Below, piece by piece: positions 60,034-64,000 of a stretch of DNA of 64,000 bases. Source of the DNA: an uncultured Shinella sp. (GTDB taxonomy: Bacteria > Pseudomonadota > Alphaproteobacteria > Rhizobiales > Rhizobiaceae); NCBI GenBank assembly GCA_966243085.1, contig CBIMFD010000001.1:11710-75709 (forward strand), read 5' to 3'. Made by a program: the position numbers and the translations under genes. The first letter of the stretch is position 1, and each line of letters begins with the position of its first letter. A model generated the notes under the pieces. It searched no databases. It had not been told where the DNA came from and saw only the letters and a program-made list of their open reading frames with translations.

Positions 60034-61365
60034 TCAGCCGACCATCTCGCGCAGGCCGTGGCGGACGATCTTCTCGTTCAATGTGCGCAGCGGTATGCCG
60101 AGCGCGACCGAGGCCGCCTGCGCGCTGCCGCCATTATCGTCGAGCGCCTCGCGGATCAGCCGCGCCTCGAATGCGGCGACACGTTCGGGCAAGGGGGCGG
60201 TGTCCTGCGGCACGGCCTCTTCAAGAGCTCCGAAGGCAAGCGGCAAGCCGAGAACGAAACGTTCGGCGCATGCCTTCAATTCACGCACGTTGCCCGGCCA
60301 GCCGTGGGCCTCGAGCCGCCCGACCAGCGAGGCCGATATAGCCGGCACCACGAATTTGTGACGGCGGGCGGCATCCTCGCAGAAATGCCGGAAAAGAAGC
60401 CCCACATCGTCGCGCCGGCGCCGCAGCGGCGGAATGGCGATCTCAACGGTGGCCAACCGGAAATAGAGATCGGAGCGGAAGCGGCCGGCCTCGCCCTCGC
60501 GCCGCAGATCGGTCTTGGTCGCGGCGATGAAACGCACATCGACCGGTATCTGGCGGTTGGAGCCGAGGGGCTCGACCACCCGCTCCTGAATGACGCGCAA
60601 CAGCTTGGCCTGCAGGGCCGGCGGCATGGTTTCGATCTCGTCCAGGAACACCGTGCCGCCATCGGCGTGTTCGATCTTGCCCTCGCGCTTTTGCGCCGCG
60701 CCGGTGAACGCGCCCCTGTCATGGCCGAAAACCTCGCTCTCGAAGACGCTTTCGGGAATGGCGGCGCAGTTGAGCGCCACGAAAGGACGGTCGCGACGCC
60801 TGCCGAGATCGTGGAGGGCCCGGGCCACGACCTCTTTGCCCGTTCCCGTCTCGCCGTTGATGAGCACATCGACGTCGATGCCGCAGAGCGGAGCGAGGCG
60901 GCTGCGGAGCGCGACGACTTCAGGCGACGAGCCGACAAAGCGGCTTTCAAGATCCCCGCCGGCGGCGATGCGCAGCCGGTCGACCTCCTTCGTGAGCCGG
61001 CCGAGCGCGACGGCGCGATCGAGCACCGCGACGAGATGATCGGCATCATAGGGCTTTTCGAGGAAATCATGCGCGCCGGCACGCATCGCCTCGACGGCGA
61101 GCGCGACATCGCCATGGCCGGTGAGCAAGACGACGGGCAGAAGGGGGCGCTTCAGCCGCACGACGTCCAACAGGCCGAGCCCGTCCATGCCGGGCATGCG
61201 CATGTCGGAGACCAGGGCCTCGAACGGCTGGCGATCGAGCCAGGCGAGTGCCTCGGCGCCGTCCTTGGCCGTGACGACCGAAAAACCGCTGAGCGACAGC
61301 CATTCGGAAGCGGAGCTGCGCAGCTCGGCTTCATCGTCGACGACCAGGATCGCACCGCGGTTCAT
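60034..61365 (-). CDS. Sigma54-dependent response regulator (DctD-like)
   Basis: Receiver domain DMRMPGMDG, GETGTGKE, GAFTGA and WPGNVREL. Confidence 0.93.
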   Translation of the reverse strand: MNRGAILVVDDEAELRSSASEWLSLSGFSVVTAKDGAEALAWLDRQPFEALVSDMRMPGMDGLGLLDVVRLKRPLLPVVLLTGHGDVALAVEAMRAGAHDFLEKPYDADHLVAVLDRAVALGRLTKEVDRLRIAAGGDLESRFVGSSPEVVALRSRLAPLCGIDVDVLINGETGTGKEVVARALHDLGRRRDRPFVALNCAAIPESVFESEVFGHDRGAFTGAAQKREGKIEHADGGTVFLDEIETMPPALQAKLLRVIQERVVEPLGSNRQIPVDVRFIAATKTDLRREGEAGRFRSDLYFRLATVEIAIPPLRRRRDDVGLLFRHFCEDAARRHKFVVPAISASLVGRLEAHGWPGNVRELKACAERFVLGLPLAFGALEEAVPQDTAPLPERVAAFEARLIREALDDNGGSAQAASVALGIPLRTLNEKIVRHGLREMVG

Positions 61366-63158
61366 TCGGCCGCCTCGCGAAGGGAGACGGCTTCGGGCAG
61401 ACAGACGGTAAAGGTCGCACCCTCGCCTTCTGCGGTCTCGAAGACGAGGGAACCTCCGAACTCGTGGATGAGCGCGCGCGAGATGGATAGGCCGAGGCCC
61501 AGCCCCTCGCCGGTGATCTTGGTGGTGAAGAATGGTTCGGCAATACGCTCGCGGACATCCTCGGGAACGCCCGGCCCGTTGTCGCAGACATGGATGCGGA
61601 CCGCGCCGTCGCTACGTTCGGTGCGCACGCTGACCAGCGGATTGTCGCGGCCGCGCACGGCGTCGAGCGCGTTGAGCACGAGGTTGAGCACGACCTGCTC
61701 GAGGCGGACGGCATGGGCGCTGACCATGGCGCGCCGGTCAAGGGCATGCATCTCGATCGTCACTCCTTCGGCCGCCGCGCGCGGCGCGGCAAGTTCGAGC
61801 GCGGCCGCGACTGCCCGGTCGGCGTCGATGAGCTCCTGGCGGGCCGGCTCGTTGCGTGCGAAGGATTTCAGCGACTTCACGGTGCGCTGGATGCGCCGCA
61901 CCAGGTCGCGCGCGACACGCACCTTTTCGCCGACGGCCTGGCTGTCGCCGCGTTCGGCCAGCAACCCGGTCGAGGCAAGCGTGTTCTCCATCGCCGCCAG
62001 AGGCTGGCTCACTTCGTGCACGATCGCCGTCGACATGCGGCCGAGCGCCGCCAGCTTGGCGGCCTGGATGAGAGAGGCCTGGGTCGCGCGCAACTCATCC
62101 TCCGTCCGGCGGCGGTCGTCGATCTCGCGGTGCAGTTCGGCGGTACGTTCCACGACGCGGCGTTCCAGTTGGTCGTGCGCGTCGAGCTTGGCGCGGACGA
62201 GTTGCCGGCGCTGGTGCAGATAGATGCCGGCGCCGGTAAAGAGCGCACCGGTAAGCGCGACGAGCAGCGCGTAGAGTGCGGCATCGGCGCGGATCGGCGC
62301 GAGACTGGAGGCCGCCCACAGCCGCCACCGGTCCGATTCCAATACCACGGACCGGACGAGATGCGGCCCGCCCACCTCGACAAGATCGATCACGTCCGGC
62401 CGTTGCGGCATGCGCGGGAAGACCGGCGCGGCGGCGGCAAGTTCGACGCCGTCATACTTGCGCGTGACCGCAATCCTTGCCAGCTCGGCCTTGCCGAGCG
62501 GATGAAGCGGCCGGTATTTCCATGGCGCGTGGCCGGTGAGGAAGATGACGCCGTCCCCATCGGCGATCGCCGCGAAGCTGCGGCTTTCGGTCCAGGCGCG
62601 TTCGAGCCCGCGCATGTCGACCTTGACCACGGCGACGCCAAGCCTGCGTTCGCCCTCGCGGATGACCGAGGCGAGAAAATAGCCGGGCTCTCCCGTGGTG
62701 ACGCCGACGGCATAGTAACGCCCGGCGCCCGTGGTGAGGGCGTCCTGGAAATAAGGCCGGAAGCGATAGTTCTGGCCGACGAAGCTCGACGGTTCGGCAT
62801 GGTTGCTCGCCGCCACCGTCAAGCCGCCCGCGGTCATGACGTAGAGTTCGCCGGCCCCGGAATCGGCGCGGATATCGGCAAGATAAGCGTTGGCCTGCGC
62901 GATCGCGGCCGGCGAAGGCGAGGCGAGCGCGGCGCGGATGCGGCCGTCGCGGGCGACGACGGAGGGCAAATAGCGGAAACGCTCGATCTCGCTGTCGACC
63001 GAGCGCGCCAATACCTGCAGTTCGCCATCGAGCATGGCGATGGCACGGCTCCTGCCGGCTTCGAGCGCACCGAGCCACGTCGCCGCCGTCGCGAACAGCG
63101 TAACGAGGATGGCAAGCGCGAGCGCGGAGCCGCGGCTATGGAAGAAGCGTCCCGCCAT
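61362..63158 (-). CDS. Sensor histidine kinase (DctB-like)
   Basis: dCache domain SFVGQNYRFRPYF...GVTTGEPGY, HEVSQPL and PFFTTK..GLGLGL. SD GGGAGG before ATG 63158. Confidence 0.92.
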   Translation of the reverse strand: MAGRFFHSRGSALALAILVTLFATAATWLGALEAGRSRAIAMLDGELQVLARSVDSEIERFRYLPSVVARDGRIRAALASPSPAAIAQANAYLADIRADSGAGELYVMTAGGLTVAASNHAEPSSFVGQNYRFRPYFQDALTTGAGRYYAVGVTTGEPGYFLASVIREGERRLGVAVVKVDMRGLERAWTESRSFAAIADGDGVIFLTGHAPWKYRPLHPLGKAELARIAVTRKYDGVELAAAAPVFPRMPQRPDVIDLVEVGGPHLVRSVVLESDRWRLWAASSLAPIRADAALYALLVALTGALFTGAGIYLHQRRQLVRAKLDAHDQLERRVVERTAELHREIDDRRRTEDELRATQASLIQAAKLAALGRMSTAIVHEVSQPLAAMENTLASTGLLAERGDSQAVGEKVRVARDLVRRIQRTVKSLKSFARNEPARQELIDADRAVAAALELAAPRAAAEGVTIEMHALDRRAMVSAHAVRLEQVVLNLVLNALDAVRGRDNPLVSVRTERSDGAVRIHVCDNGPGVPEDVRERIAEPFFTTKITGEGLGLGLSISRALIHEFGGSLVFETAEGEGATFTVCLPEAVSLREAAE

Positions 63159-63323
63159 GATCCTCCCTGCGTCTGGCGATAAACCATTGTGGCAGGAGGG
63201 CCGGCCGTTGACAACGAGGCAAGAAAGGCCGGAGTGAACATACAAATATTTGGAACAACCTGTGATCCGGCAGGAGCGTTTCGATGCCGTGACGGCTTTC
63301 GTCGGCTGGCGCCTCCGGTCGGT

Positions 63324-64000
63324 TTACCGCAACAGCCACCTGAAGGCTCTCCGCAGTTCCCGAGCGCCGTTCGATCGGTACCAGCGGCCGTGAGAGAGGA
63401 TGACGCGCTCGGGCTCCCAGGCGATCATCTCTTCGACCGCCTGCTTCAGTGCTTGCCGGTGTTGCCGAAATGTCAGCCGCATGTCGCGCGGCATCTGTCC
63501 ATCCGGATCCGACACCCCGCCGAGCCTGGTGAACAGCCTCTCGCACAACGTCAACTTGCGCGGCTCGAAGTTCTCGATGAGGTCCGTCAGGACCAGCGTG
63601 CGACTGGGCCGGTGGAAGAACTCGACTTCAGTCATGAAACTCCCGGCTATCGGCAAGGTCGCAACCTCGCTGTCCCACGGGTACCCGAGCCGGGCATCGA
63701 GCGGCAGATGAGGAAAGTCAATCCTTTCGCCCGCGCGATCCGTGATCCCGGGGGCCAGATAGACAGTCGCACCGGGAAAGGCTTCATGCCACTCGCCGAT
63801 CCACCAGTAATGGATTTTGTTAGGGCCGACGATCCATCTTGGCACTCCGATTGCCTCGACCTCCGCCTTCAGATCGGCGGTCAATTGCGTAGGTGAATGG
63901 ATCAGGAGATCCTGCCTGCGCACGCGGATGATCGTCATCCGAGTAGGAAACTCCATGCTGACGATCGGCGGCCCGAAGTTGATCGCAGGCCCGTCGACGA
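63324..64000 (-). CDS. DUF4336 domain protein, 5'-truncated by the window edge
   Basis: FPTRMTII, IHSP, PNKIH, EVEFFH..SRTLVLTDL and ILSHG. The frame stays open to the window end. Confidence 0.85.
   Translation of the reverse strand, partial: VDGPAINFGPPIVSMEFPTRMTIIRVRRQDLLIHSPTQLTADLKAEVEAIGVPRWIVGPNKIHYWWIGEWHEAFPGATVYLAPGITDRAGERIDFPHLPLDARLGYPWDSEVATLPIAGSFMTEVEFFHRPSRTLVLTDLIENFEPRKLTLCERLFTRLGGVSDPDGQMPRDMRLTFRQHRQALKQAVEEMIAWEPERVILSHGRWYRSNGARELRRAFRWLLR

Noticed and set aside
59971-62223. 750-aa plus-strand ORF and other long antisense ORFs (e.g. 16358-17956, 26917-28863, 35085-36728, 42715-44640, 56852-58351)
   Set aside because: They are shadows of well-supported opposite-strand genes, expected in high-GC DNA with few stop codons, and contain no recognisable motifs.

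Overview
High-GC alphaproteobacterial DNA (Rhizobiaceae-like, judged from protein families and promoter motifs; probably a chromid or accessory region), densely packed with transport and catabolic modules. In order: the end of a sugar/inositol ABC permease; a GntR-controlled carbohydrate ABC operon with an esterase, a ketose-3-epimerase-like enzyme and a Gfo/Idh/MocA oxidoreductase; a GntR/Liv-type ABC operon ending in an allantoin/hydantoin racemase; an AraC/TonB/FecBCDE/SIP siderophore-uptake locus; an orphan Tox-HDC-like protein; the L-threonate pathway (ltnD, otnI, otnK, otnC); a cobalamin riboswitch with a CbtJKL-like ABC transporter; a complete urease operon (ureDAJBCEFG) with sigma54/NtrC-like sites; SulP with a sul1-like leader RNA; a LysR-controlled operon of an atypical ArgH-like lyase, an amino-acid ABC transporter, an MmgE/PrpD protein and a CE4 hydrolase; a redox-stress cluster (LysR, msrBA, redoxin remnant, ClC, NemR-like TetR, two GSTs); a DctB/DctD-like sigma54-driven TAXI-TRAP system; and a partial DUF4336 gene. 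No rRNA, tRNA, IS element or CRISPR array was seen. The best candidate for an undescribed system is the ArgH-like/MmgE-PrpD/CE4 operon at 41.3-48.6 kb. All family assignments were made by eye from motifs, with no database searches.
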